DNA from: Bacillota bacterium
GTDB lineage: Bacteria; Bacillota; Clostridia; Peptostreptococcales; Acidaminobacteraceae
Assembly: GCA_023443345.1 (NCBI GenBank)
Contig: JAEZUZ010000084.1
Coordinates: 1 to 35,443, forward strand
Direction of reading: 5' to 3'
Length of the DNA: 35,443 nt
In this document: positions 15,876 through 23,419 of the stretch, one piece after another
How positions within the stretch are numbered: position 1 is the first letter of the stretch
How the letters are laid out: the number at the start of each line of letters is the position of its first letter
Notes under the pieces: generated by a model
Told to the model about the DNA's origin: nothing
Database searches by the model: none
Seen by the model: only the letters and a program-made list of their open reading frames with translations
Translations under genes and position numbers: made by a program

Positions 15876-16053
15876 AGAAGTTATTTATAGAAGGTTATAT
15901 AAACTTATAAATATATTTTTCTTTACTTTAGCTATATATCTACAATTTAAAGGTAGAAGTTATTGGGGAACAAAGATGGGGCTATATATTCAACTTTGTT
16001 CACTTGTAATTCTTCTTATCCAATTATATATATACAATGAGAGGCACAAATGA
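15868..16053 (+). CDS. Small two-helix membrane protein (61 aa), unknown function
   Basis: ATG overlaps the lnpA stop (ATGGATAA) and its TGA overlaps the next ATG (ATGA). Both junctions look translationally coupled. Two hydrophobic helices: INIFFFTLAIYLQF and LYIQLCSLVILLIQLYIY. Confidence 0.45.
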   Translation: MDKEVIYRRLYKLINIFFFTLAIYLQFKGRSYWGTKMGLYIQLCSLVILLIQLYIYNERHK

Positions 16054-17033
16054 AAAAGTTATATATAGGTGTTGATGGTGGAGGAACTAAGTCAGCTTTT
16101 GCTGCTATGGATGATAGTGGAAATATTCTTGGCCAAGTTGAACTAGGAACTACTCACTTGATGCAAATTTCTCAAGATGAATTTGAAGAAACAATAAAAC
16201 AGGGGATTGATTATCTACTAAAAGAAGCAAATGCAAGTCTATCAGAAATAGAACATGTTTTCTGTGGAATACCTGGTTTTGGTGAATTTGAAGATAAGAT
16301 GGAATATGTTAAAAAGTTCTTTAATTTATATTTGCCAGGAAAAGTAACACTTGGAAATGACTGTGAACCAGGTTGGGCAGGAAGTTTAGGTCTTAAATCT
16401 GGAATAAACATGGTTATAGGAACAGGATCAATTGCCTATGGAAAAAATTCAGAAAAAATATCCGGCAGATGTGGAGGATGGGGACCATTTGTTGGAGATG
16501 AAGCCAGCGCTTATTGGCTAGGAAGAAAGGCAATAACTGCTTTTTCAAAACAGAGTGATGGAAGACTTCCAAGTGGCCCTCTTTATGATATTTTTAATAA
16601 GGCATTGAATTTAAATAGAGACTTTGCAATAATAGAGAAATTTCATGATGCTCTAGAGAATCAGAGACAGGAGGTTTCTAAATTAGCTAAGTTAGTATAT
16701 CAAGCAGCACTTGAGGGAGATAATAGTGCCATTGATATATTTGATGAAGCAGCTTTTGAAATTTATCAAACAGTATTTGCTCTATCAAAACAACTTAATT
16801 TTGACAATACTCAAGAAATTTTTGTAACTCTATCGGGTGGAGTCTCAAATGCAGGAGATGTATTAGAAGGACATCTTAAAAAATATCTTTTAGAAACAGG
16901 ATATAATTTTAAACTTGTAAAATCTGAATTTGAGCCATGGCAAGGTGCATTATTACTTGCTTTTGATCAGAAAAATCCTAATGACTTTTCTATAGTTGAG
17001 AAATGGAGAAAAAATGGCAAGTGTAACATTTAA
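16050..17033 (+). CDS. BadF/BadG/BcrA/BcrD-type ATPase, N-acetylhexosamine kinase-like sugar kinase
   Basis: ASKHA phosphate-1 motif LYIGVDGGGTKSAF. GTGSIAYG and GGWGPFVGDEASAYW motifs are typical of eukaryotic-type GlcNAc kinases. Substrate is not determinable from sequence. Confidence 0.75.
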   Translation: MKKLYIGVDGGGTKSAFAAMDDSGNILGQVELGTTHLMQISQDEFEETIKQGIDYLLKEANASLSEIEHVFCGIPGFGEFEDKMEYVKKFFNLYLPGKVTLGNDCEPGWAGSLGLKSGINMVIGTGSIAYGKNSEKISGRCGGWGPFVGDEASAYWLGRKAITAFSKQSDGRLPSGPLYDIFNKALNLNRDFAIIEKFHDALENQRQEVSKLAKLVYQAALEGDNSAIDIFDEAAFEIYQTVFALSKQLNFDNTQEIFVTLSGGVSNAGDVLEGHLKKYLLETGYNFKLVKSEFEPWQGALLLAFDQKNPNDFSIVEKWRKNGKCNI

Positions 17034-18135
17034 GAATGTATATAAAATATATAATGAAGGGGTAAAAGGCAAAGAATTCCAAGCTGTAAAAGACTGCAAC
17101 ATGGAAATTAAAGATAGAGAATTTGTCGTATTTGTTGGGCCATCAGGCTGTGGTAAGACTACTACTCTAAGAATGCTTGCAGGATTAGAAGAAATATCAA
17201 AGGGTGAGATTATCATAGGTGAAACTGTTGTAAATAATCTTGAGCCTAAGCACAGAGATATTGCAATGGTATTTCAAAACTATGCTTTGTATCCACACAT
17301 GAGTGTATTTGAAAACATGAGCTATGCTTTAAAATTACAAAAAGTTTCTAAAAAAGAAAGAGAAGAAAAAGTAAATGAAGCTGCCGCTATTTTGGGATTA
17401 GAAAATCTTTTATCCAGAAAGCCTAAGGAATTATCAGGGGGACAGAGGCAGAGAGTTGCCCTTGGAAGAGCGATTGTAAGACATCCTAAAGTATTTTTAA
17501 TGGATGAACCACTTAGTAATCTTGATGCAAAGCTAAGAGTTCAAACAAGAGCAGAAATAATAAAGTTACATAAAAAATTAAATACAACTTTCATATATGT
17601 TACTCACGATCAAACAGAAGCCATGACAATGGGAGAGAGAATTGTTATAATGAAAGAAGGAGTTATTCAACAATTTGATACTCCAGAAAATGTTTACTTC
17701 AATCCTATCAATTTATTTGTCGCTGGTTTTATAGGAAGTCCTCAGATGAATTTTGTTGATGGAGTTGTAAGTAAAAGAGATGGAGTCTATTATTTAAATA
17801 TGCTATCAAATAATTATGTACTTGATAATGAGTATGGAATTAGACTTGAAGAAAAAGGGATACTTGATAAGACCATAACCATAGGAATTAGACCAGAACA
17901 TATATATGATTCAACAAGAAGAACTGATATGAGTTTTGTTGCAAATGTAGAGCTTATGGAAATGTTAGGAAGTGAAAAATACTTACATCTTCAAATAGAT
18001 GGAGTATCTCAAAAGATACTTGCAAAGATATTTTCAGATAATCCTGTTACATCTTCAGATAAGATAGAGTTATTTATAGATTCTAGTAAATTGCACTTTT
18101 TTGATAAGCAAACAGAGATGAGTTTATTATATTAA
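17014..18135 (+). CDS. ABC sugar-import ATPase (MalK/MsmK/UgpC type)
   Basis: Walker A GPSGCGKTT, Q-loop, signature LSGGQRQR, Walker B FLMDEPLSNLD, H-loop VTHDQ, and a C-terminal MalK-like regulatory domain. ATG 17014 (MASVTFKNVYK) follows GGAG. The tracked start 16996 lies inside the kinase gene. Confidence 0.9.
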   Translation: MASVTFKNVYKIYNEGVKGKEFQAVKDCNMEIKDREFVVFVGPSGCGKTTTLRMLAGLEEISKGEIIIGETVVNNLEPKHRDIAMVFQNYALYPHMSVFENMSYALKLQKVSKKEREEKVNEAAAILGLENLLSRKPKELSGGQRQRVALGRAIVRHPKVFLMDEPLSNLDAKLRVQTRAEIIKLHKKLNTTFIYVTHDQTEAMTMGERIVIMKEGVIQQFDTPENVYFNPINLFVAGFIGSPQMNFVDGVVSKRDGVYYLNMLSNNYVLDNEYGIRLEEKGILDKTITIGIRPEHIYDSTRRTDMSFVANVELMEMLGSEKYLHLQIDGVSQKILAKIFSDNPVTSSDKIELFIDSSKLHFFDKQTEMSLLY

Positions 18136-18155
18136 TTTCTGTATTAGGAGGAAAA

Positions 18156-19271
18156 ATGTCAAAAGAATATGTAACACTCAAGGAAATCAAGCAACAGCCT
18201 GAAATGTGGCAAGATACTCTTAAGAAATTTCATGAGAGAAATACTCAAATAGAAGATTTCTTTAAGAAAATCAAAGAAAAGCATGATTTTGTAAGAGTAA
18301 TTTTTACAGGAGCAGGTACAAGTCACTTTGCAGGTGAAGTTTTAACATCATATTTAAATAGAAAAGGTAGAGAGGGATTCTACTATGAATGTTTTGGAAC
18401 AACGGACCTAGTATCAAATCCATATGACTATCTTGAATCTGATACACCTATCATTTTGGTAAGTTTTGCAAGAAGTGGTAATTCTCCTGAATCTGTAAAA
18501 GCTGTTGAACTTTCAAAGCAATTAAAGAAGGATATATATCAGATTTATATAACATGTAATGAAAATGGTGAACTTGCAAATTTAGCAAAGAATGATGAAA
18601 ATGCACTATCATTCTTATTACACCCAAGTACAAACGACAAGGGATTTGCTATGACTAGCTCATTTAGTTCAATGATGTTAGCAGCTTTACTTATATTTTC
18701 TAGAGAAACAATTGATGTTTCAACTATTTTTGAAATGGCTCAAGAAGCTCTTGGATATGAAAAAGATATTAAAGAACTTATGTCAGATGTTCCTAAGAGA
18801 GTTATATATGTTGGCAGTGGCCCACTAGCTAAGTTAACTAGAGAAGCACAATTAAAAATTTTGGAATTGACAGCAGGAGAAATAGCAACACTCTATGAAT
18901 CTTCAATGGGATTTAGACATGGTCCTAAGAGTTTCTTGAATGATGAAACATTTATGTTCTCTTTTATATCAAATAATGAATATACAAGAAAATATGACCT
19001 TGATGTTGTAAATGAAGTATATCAAGATAGAATTGTCAAACAGCTTAGAACTATTTCTGTAGGAGATGTTGGTTTTGATGGTTTTAAATTTACTAAGGGA
19101 AAAGATTTAGAAGATACATTATTAGCTTTTGGCTATATTGTTATTGCTCAATTGATATCTTACTATGCTGCAATAGCTGTAGATAATGATGTCGATTCGC
19201 CATCTAAATCTGGTACAGTAAATAGAGTTGTTAAGGGTGTAATTCTTCATGACTATAAAAAAGGATGTTAG
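18156..19271 (+). CDS. agaS: AgaS-type double-SIS-domain sugar-phosphate isomerase/deaminase (galactosamine-6-phosphate deaminase family)
   Basis: N-terminus TLKEIKQQPEMWQDT is typical of AgaS. First SIS domain FTGAGTSHFAG..SFARSGNSPES. Second SIS domain with GFRHGPKS. AGGAGG RBS. Confidence 0.8.
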   Translation: MSKEYVTLKEIKQQPEMWQDTLKKFHERNTQIEDFFKKIKEKHDFVRVIFTGAGTSHFAGEVLTSYLNRKGREGFYYECFGTTDLVSNPYDYLESDTPIILVSFARSGNSPESVKAVELSKQLKKDIYQIYITCNENGELANLAKNDENALSFLLHPSTNDKGFAMTSSFSSMMLAALLIFSRETIDVSTIFEMAQEALGYEKDIKELMSDVPKRVIYVGSGPLAKLTREAQLKILELTAGEIATLYESSMGFRHGPKSFLNDETFMFSFISNNEYTRKYDLDVVNEVYQDRIVKQLRTISVGDVGFDGFKFTKGKDLEDTLLAFGYIVIAQLISYYAAIAVDNDVDSPSKSGTVNRVVKGVILHDYKKGC

Positions 19272-19272
19272 T

Positions 19273-20556
19273 ATGAGTCAGATAATGAAACAATTAATTG
19301 ATGACAAAAAAAATAAAAATTATACTGGAGTTCCAAGTCTATGTAGTGCCAATCCACTTGTAATTGAAGCTTCTTTAAAACATGCAAAAGAGCACGATAT
19401 AGATGTTTTAATTGAATCTACAGCTAATCAAGTAAATCAACATGGTGGATATATGAATATGACACCAAGTGATTTTAAAGAATATGTATATAAAATGGCC
19501 GATGCAGTTGGTTATCAAAGAGACAGAATATGCTTTGGTGGAGATCACTTAGGGCCTTTAACCTTTACTCATCTTAATGAAGAAGAAGCAATGAAGGAGG
19601 CTAAAGAGCTAGTTAAAGCCTATGCTGAAGCAGGATTTGAAAAAATCCATCTTGATACTAGTATGAGAGTAAAGGATGACTCTATAGATGAGCCACTTAG
19701 TGTTGAAACTATTGCTAGACGTGGAGCAGAACTTTGTAAAGTATGTGAAGAAGCAGTTACAAGATTAAATCTTACAAAACCTGTATATATAATTGGTTCA
19801 GAAGTTCCAATTCCTGGTGGTGCACAAGAGGAAGAAGAATCAATTACAGTAACATCACTTAATGACTTAAAAAATACCATTGAAACCTATAAGAGAATTT
19901 TTTCTAATTATGGTCTTGATGATGCTTTTAATAGAGTTATAGGTGTAGTAGTTCAACCAGGTGTTGAATTTGGAGAAGATCAAGTTTTTTATTATAAACC
20001 AGAAGAGGCTACACATTTAAGTCAATATATTAAGACGATGGATAATTTTGTGCTTGAAGGACATTCAACAGATTATCAAAGAGCTGATGATTTAAGAAAT
20101 ATGGTTGATGATGGCGTTGGAATTCTTAAAGTAGGCCCTGGATTAACTCATGCTGCAAGAGAAGGGCTATTTGCATTATCTTATATAGAAAAGTGGTTAA
20201 TTAAAGAAGATGATCAGAGCAAGTTTATAGAAGTACTTGAAGATGAAATGATCAAAGATCCTTCACAGTGGCAAAAACACTACCATGGTAATCCAGAGCA
20301 ACTTAAGTTAATGAGAATGTTTAGTTATTCTGATAGAAATAGATATTACATGGAAAAGCCAAATGTAACTAATGCTATTAAAAAATTATTTAGCAATTTA
20401 GATTCTGTATATATTCCAAACTATCTAATTAAACAATTTATGCCAAAGCAGTACGATAAAAAAATGCTTGGAAAAGAATTTAAACAAGCAAAGGATTATG
20501 TAATTGACTTTGTAGATGAAGTTTTAGAAGTATATAGATATGCTGCTAAAAAGTAA
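19273..20556 (+). CDS. GatZ/KbaZ-family protein (class II tagatose-bisphosphate aldolase non-catalytic subunit / tagatose-6-phosphate epimerase family)
   Basis: Collinear with E. coli KbaZ as I recall it: SANPLVIEA, LIESTANQVNQHGGYMNMTP, GGDHLGP, AGF.KIHLD.SM, IGSEVPIPGGA, VVQPGVEF, EGHSTDYQ, ILKVGP.LT.A.REGLF.L, W..HYHG. ATG 19273 (MSQIMKQL) is preferred over tracked 19249, which overlaps agaS. Confidence 0.85.
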   Translation: MSQIMKQLIDDKKNKNYTGVPSLCSANPLVIEASLKHAKEHDIDVLIESTANQVNQHGGYMNMTPSDFKEYVYKMADAVGYQRDRICFGGDHLGPLTFTHLNEEEAMKEAKELVKAYAEAGFEKIHLDTSMRVKDDSIDEPLSVETIARRGAELCKVCEEAVTRLNLTKPVYIIGSEVPIPGGAQEEEESITVTSLNDLKNTIETYKRIFSNYGLDDAFNRVIGVVVQPGVEFGEDQVFYYKPEEATHLSQYIKTMDNFVLEGHSTDYQRADDLRNMVDDGVGILKVGPGLTHAAREGLFALSYIEKWLIKEDDQSKFIEVLEDEMIKDPSQWQKHYHGNPEQLKLMRMFSYSDRNRYYMEKPNVTNAIKKLFSNLDSVYIPNYLIKQFMPKQYDKKMLGKEFKQAKDYVIDFVDEVLEVYRYAAKK

Positions 20557-20574
20557 TTGATTATACATAAAAAT

Positions 20575-20602
20575 AAAAGGATGCTTATATGCATCCTTTT
20601 TT
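20575..20602. terminator. Bidirectional rho-independent terminator between the convergent sugar locus and the symporter gene
   Basis: Stem AAAAGGATGC / GCATCCTTTT with a 6-nt loop. T-run downstream on the plus strand. The A-run upstream reads as a T-run on the minus strand. Confidence 0.7.
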
Positions 20603-20610
20603 ATATTTTA

Positions 20611-21822
20611 TTATTCTATTTCTTCATCTAGCGTGTGGTTTGGATTTCCATTTCTACCAGGGACTTGTTTAAATATTCCTGTTACCATTAATGCAATTGC
20701 ACCATCTCCAGTAATATTACATGCTGTTCCAAAACTATCTTGCAGTGCAAAGATAGAAAGCATTAGGGCAGTTGCATTGTTATCAAAACCAAGTAGAGAT
20801 ATTATCAGTCCTAGTGAAGCAACAACTGTTCCTCCAGGAACTCCAGGTGCAGCAATTGCAAATATTCCAAGTAAAAAAGCAAACATAATCATATTCGATA
20901 CTGGTGGCATTGCAGAAGTTGGACTAAGTATTTTATAAACTACCATTACAAAGAATGTCTCTGTCAAAACTGAACCACATAGGTGAGTATTTGAACAAAG
21001 TGGTATAACAAAATTTCTAATCTTTGGAGATAGGGTCTTAGCTTTACTTGCAGATCTTAGACACATAGAAAGACTTGCTGCAGAACTCATAGTACCAAGT
21101 GCAGTAGCATATGCTGCAGGATAGTGTTTTAATACCTCAAATGGATTTGTCTTTGATAAAATAGCTCCAATTGAATAAAGAAGTGCCAACCATATAATGT
21201 GACCTACTATGACTATAAGTATCACTATTAAAAATATCGGCAACTGAGTTATAATTACTCTTTCATATGAGAGAATTGCAAAAGTCGCAATAATATATAT
21301 AGGTAAAATATTTATAACTATTTTCTCAACAATAAAAAGAACTATTTTATTGAATTCTTCTAAAAGGTTTTCAAAATAATTGGCCTTAGTTTTAATAACT
21401 GCAATTCCAAGAAATATTGAAAAAATTAGTGCAGTCATAACAGGCATTATTGGCTCAATAGTGAGTTTAAATGGACTATCTGGAAGACTTACAGCCTCAG
21501 CTACACTTGAAGCTATGTTTAAATTAGGTATTATCTTATAACCTGCAAATATTGAAAATAAAGCAGCTCCAACAGAAGAAATATAGCAAATTAACAGAGT
21601 AACTGTTAGAATTTTTCCAACATTGTGCTTTAATGAAACAATAGCAGGTGTTATAAATCCAAGAATAATTAAAGGTACAACAAATTTAATTACATCTCCT
21701 AGAATGTCTCTTATAGCAAGAAGAACTATTGCTGTTGTTTGATTACTTACTAATCCAATTAATATACCTATTATAATTCCAAGAACTATTCTAAATACTA
21801 GACTATTAGTTATTTTTTTCAA
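20611..21822 (-). CDS. Dicarboxylate/amino acid:cation symporter (DAACS) family transporter, SstT/GltP-like
   Basis: About 8 TM helices plus re-entrant hairpins. Family motifs TMSSAASL, PLCSNTHLCGS, APGVPGG, ALQDSFGTACNITGDG. TTG start is 6 nt after GGAGAG. Confidence 0.85.
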   Translation of the reverse strand: MKKITNSLVFRIVLGIIIGILIGLVSNQTTAIVLLAIRDILGDVIKFVVPLIILGFITPAIVSLKHNVGKILTVTLLICYISSVGAALFSIFAGYKIIPNLNIASSVAEAVSLPDSPFKLTIEPIMPVMTALIFSIFLGIAVIKTKANYFENLLEEFNKIVLFIVEKIVINILPIYIIATFAILSYERVIITQLPIFLIVILIVIVGHIIWLALLYSIGAILSKTNPFEVLKHYPAAYATALGTMSSAASLSMCLRSASKAKTLSPKIRNFVIPLCSNTHLCGSVLTETFFVMVVYKILSPTSAMPPVSNMIMFAFLLGIFAIAAPGVPGGTVVASLGLIISLLGFDNNATALMLSIFALQDSFGTACNITGDGAIALMVTGIFKQVPGRNGNPNHTLDEEIE

Positions 21823-21889
21823 GTTACTCTCCTTTCTAAATGTATAATGCTTTAATTTGTACCCAATTTATTGTCAAATATTAAACTTG

Positions 21890-21917
21890 TTGAGATTTAT
21901 TTAAGTTGTGTTATTAT
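21890..21917 (+). promoter_or_regulatory. Candidate gcv operon promoter with extended -10
   Basis: TTGAGA (21890-21895), 16 nt, TGtTATTAT (TG at 21909-21910, hexamer 21912-21917). This leaves a leader of only about 20 nt before ATG 21945. Confidence 0.4.
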
Positions 21918-21944
21918 CAAAATATAAATAATAAAGGAAAGATT

Positions 21945-23024
21945 ATGGAACTTTTAAAAACACCTTTGACAGAAAAGCATATAGAACTTGGAGCGACAAT
22001 GGTTGATTTTTCAGGTTGGAATATGCCAATACAGTATTCTTCTATAAAAGAAGAGCATCTTGCAGTTAGAGAAGATGTCGGAATCTTTGATGTCTCACAC
22101 ATGGGAGAGATAATAGTAAGTGGAGAGGATAGTGAGAATTTTACTAATTATCTCATAACAAATGACATAAAATCTATTGAAGTAGGGCAGTGTCTATATA
22201 CTTTTATGTGTTATCAGGACGGCGGTGTAGTAGACGATTTAATTGTATATAGATTGAGAGAAGATGAATTTATGTTTGTAGTTAATGCATCTAATATTGA
22301 AAAAGACTACGAATGGATGTTAGAAAATAGTAATAAATTTGATGTTGAAATAAAAAATATTTCCGATTCAGTAGGTCTTTTGGCAATACAAGGTCCTAAT
22401 TCTACAAAATATGTAAGTGAAGTTTTAAATGTAGATCTTAGTGAAGTTAGATCCTTTTCTTTTGTAAAAAAAGATGGAATTATAATCAGCAGGACAGGAT
22501 ATACAGGAGAGGATGGCTTTGAAATATACTCATATAACGAAAATACAGTTAAACTTTGGGAAGAATTTACTAAATTAGGAGTTAGACCTTGTGGGCTTGG
22601 ATCAAGAGATACTTTAAGATTTGAAGCAGGCCTGCCTCTTTATTCCAATGAACTAAGTAAAGATATTAATCCATTAGAGGCACTACTATCTATGTTTGTA
22701 AAATTAGACAAAGATAATTTTATTGGATTAGATTCACTAAAGAAGATAAAAGAAACTGGAGTAAAGAAGAAAGTTGTTGGATTAGAGTTAGATGGAAAAG
22801 CTATAGCAAGACATGGTTGTGAAGTCTACTCTAATGATAATAAATTAATTGGATATGTAACAACAGGATATAGATCTATATCCTTTAATATATCACTTGC
22901 TTTTTCATATATAGATTCAAATTATGCTAATATAGGTGATAATGTAAGTGTAATAATTAGAAATAAGGTTGTAAGTGCAACTGTTACAACTAAAAGGTTT
23001 TTAAATAATTATAGAAATAATTAA
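21945..23024 (+). CDS. gcvT: Glycine cleavage system T protein (aminomethyltransferase)
   Basis: TPLTEKHIELGATMVDFSGWNMPIQY, GIFDVSHMGEI, GYTGEDGFEI, RDTLRFEAGLPLY. ATG 21945 follows AAAGGAAAG. The tracked start 21906 adds 13 unlikely residues. Confidence 0.93.
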   Translation: MELLKTPLTEKHIELGATMVDFSGWNMPIQYSSIKEEHLAVREDVGIFDVSHMGEIIVSGEDSENFTNYLITNDIKSIEVGQCLYTFMCYQDGGVVDDLIVYRLREDEFMFVVNASNIEKDYEWMLENSNKFDVEIKNISDSVGLLAIQGPNSTKYVSEVLNVDLSEVRSFSFVKKDGIIISRTGYTGEDGFEIYSYNENTVKLWEEFTKLGVRPCGLGSRDTLRFEAGLPLYSNELSKDINPLEALLSMFVKLDKDNFIGLDSLKKIKETGVKKKVVGLELDGKAIARHGCEVYSNDNKLIGYVTTGYRSISFNISLAFSYIDSNYANIGDNVSVIIRNKVVSATVTTKRFLNNYRNN

Positions 23025-23035
23025 GGGGGAGAACT

Positions 23036-23419
23036 ATGATTAATAGAAGAGAATGCTTATTTACAGCAGAACATGAATGGATATTTGTAGATGGAGATGT
23101 TGCAACAATTGGTATTACTGACTATGCACAGAATAAATTAGGTGAGATAGTATATGTTGATATTCCATCTATTAATGATGAATTTGCTCAAGATGATATT
23201 ATGGCTTCAGTTGAAAGTGTAAAAACTGCTTCTGATATTTATGCTCCAATAAGTGGAAAAGTTATAAGTGTAAATGATGTATTAGAAGATGAACCAGAAT
23301 TGATAAATGATGATCCTTATGAGAATTGGATAGTTAAGTTGAGAATTCAAGATGATACAGAACTAGATAATTTAATGGAATACAAGGATTATAAAGATTT
23401 CCTAGGAGAAGAATATTGA
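23036..23419 (+). CDS. gcvH: Glycine cleavage system H protein
   Basis: 127 aa. Lipoyl-lysine motif VESVKTASDIYAPISGKV. HEW and GITDYAQ motifs. Confidence 0.93.
   Translation: MINRRECLFTAEHEWIFVDGDVATIGITDYAQNKLGEIVYVDIPSINDEFAQDDIMASVESVKTASDIYAPISGKVISVNDVLEDEPELINDDPYENWIVKLRIQDDTELDNLMEYKDYKDFLGEEY

Noticed and set aside
21823-21944. Looked for a glycine riboswitch upstream of gcvT.
   Set aside because: The region is too short for tandem aptamers, is extremely AT-rich, and lacks the conserved GGAGAG...CACCG-type cores as far as I can see by eye. A covariance-model search would be definitive.
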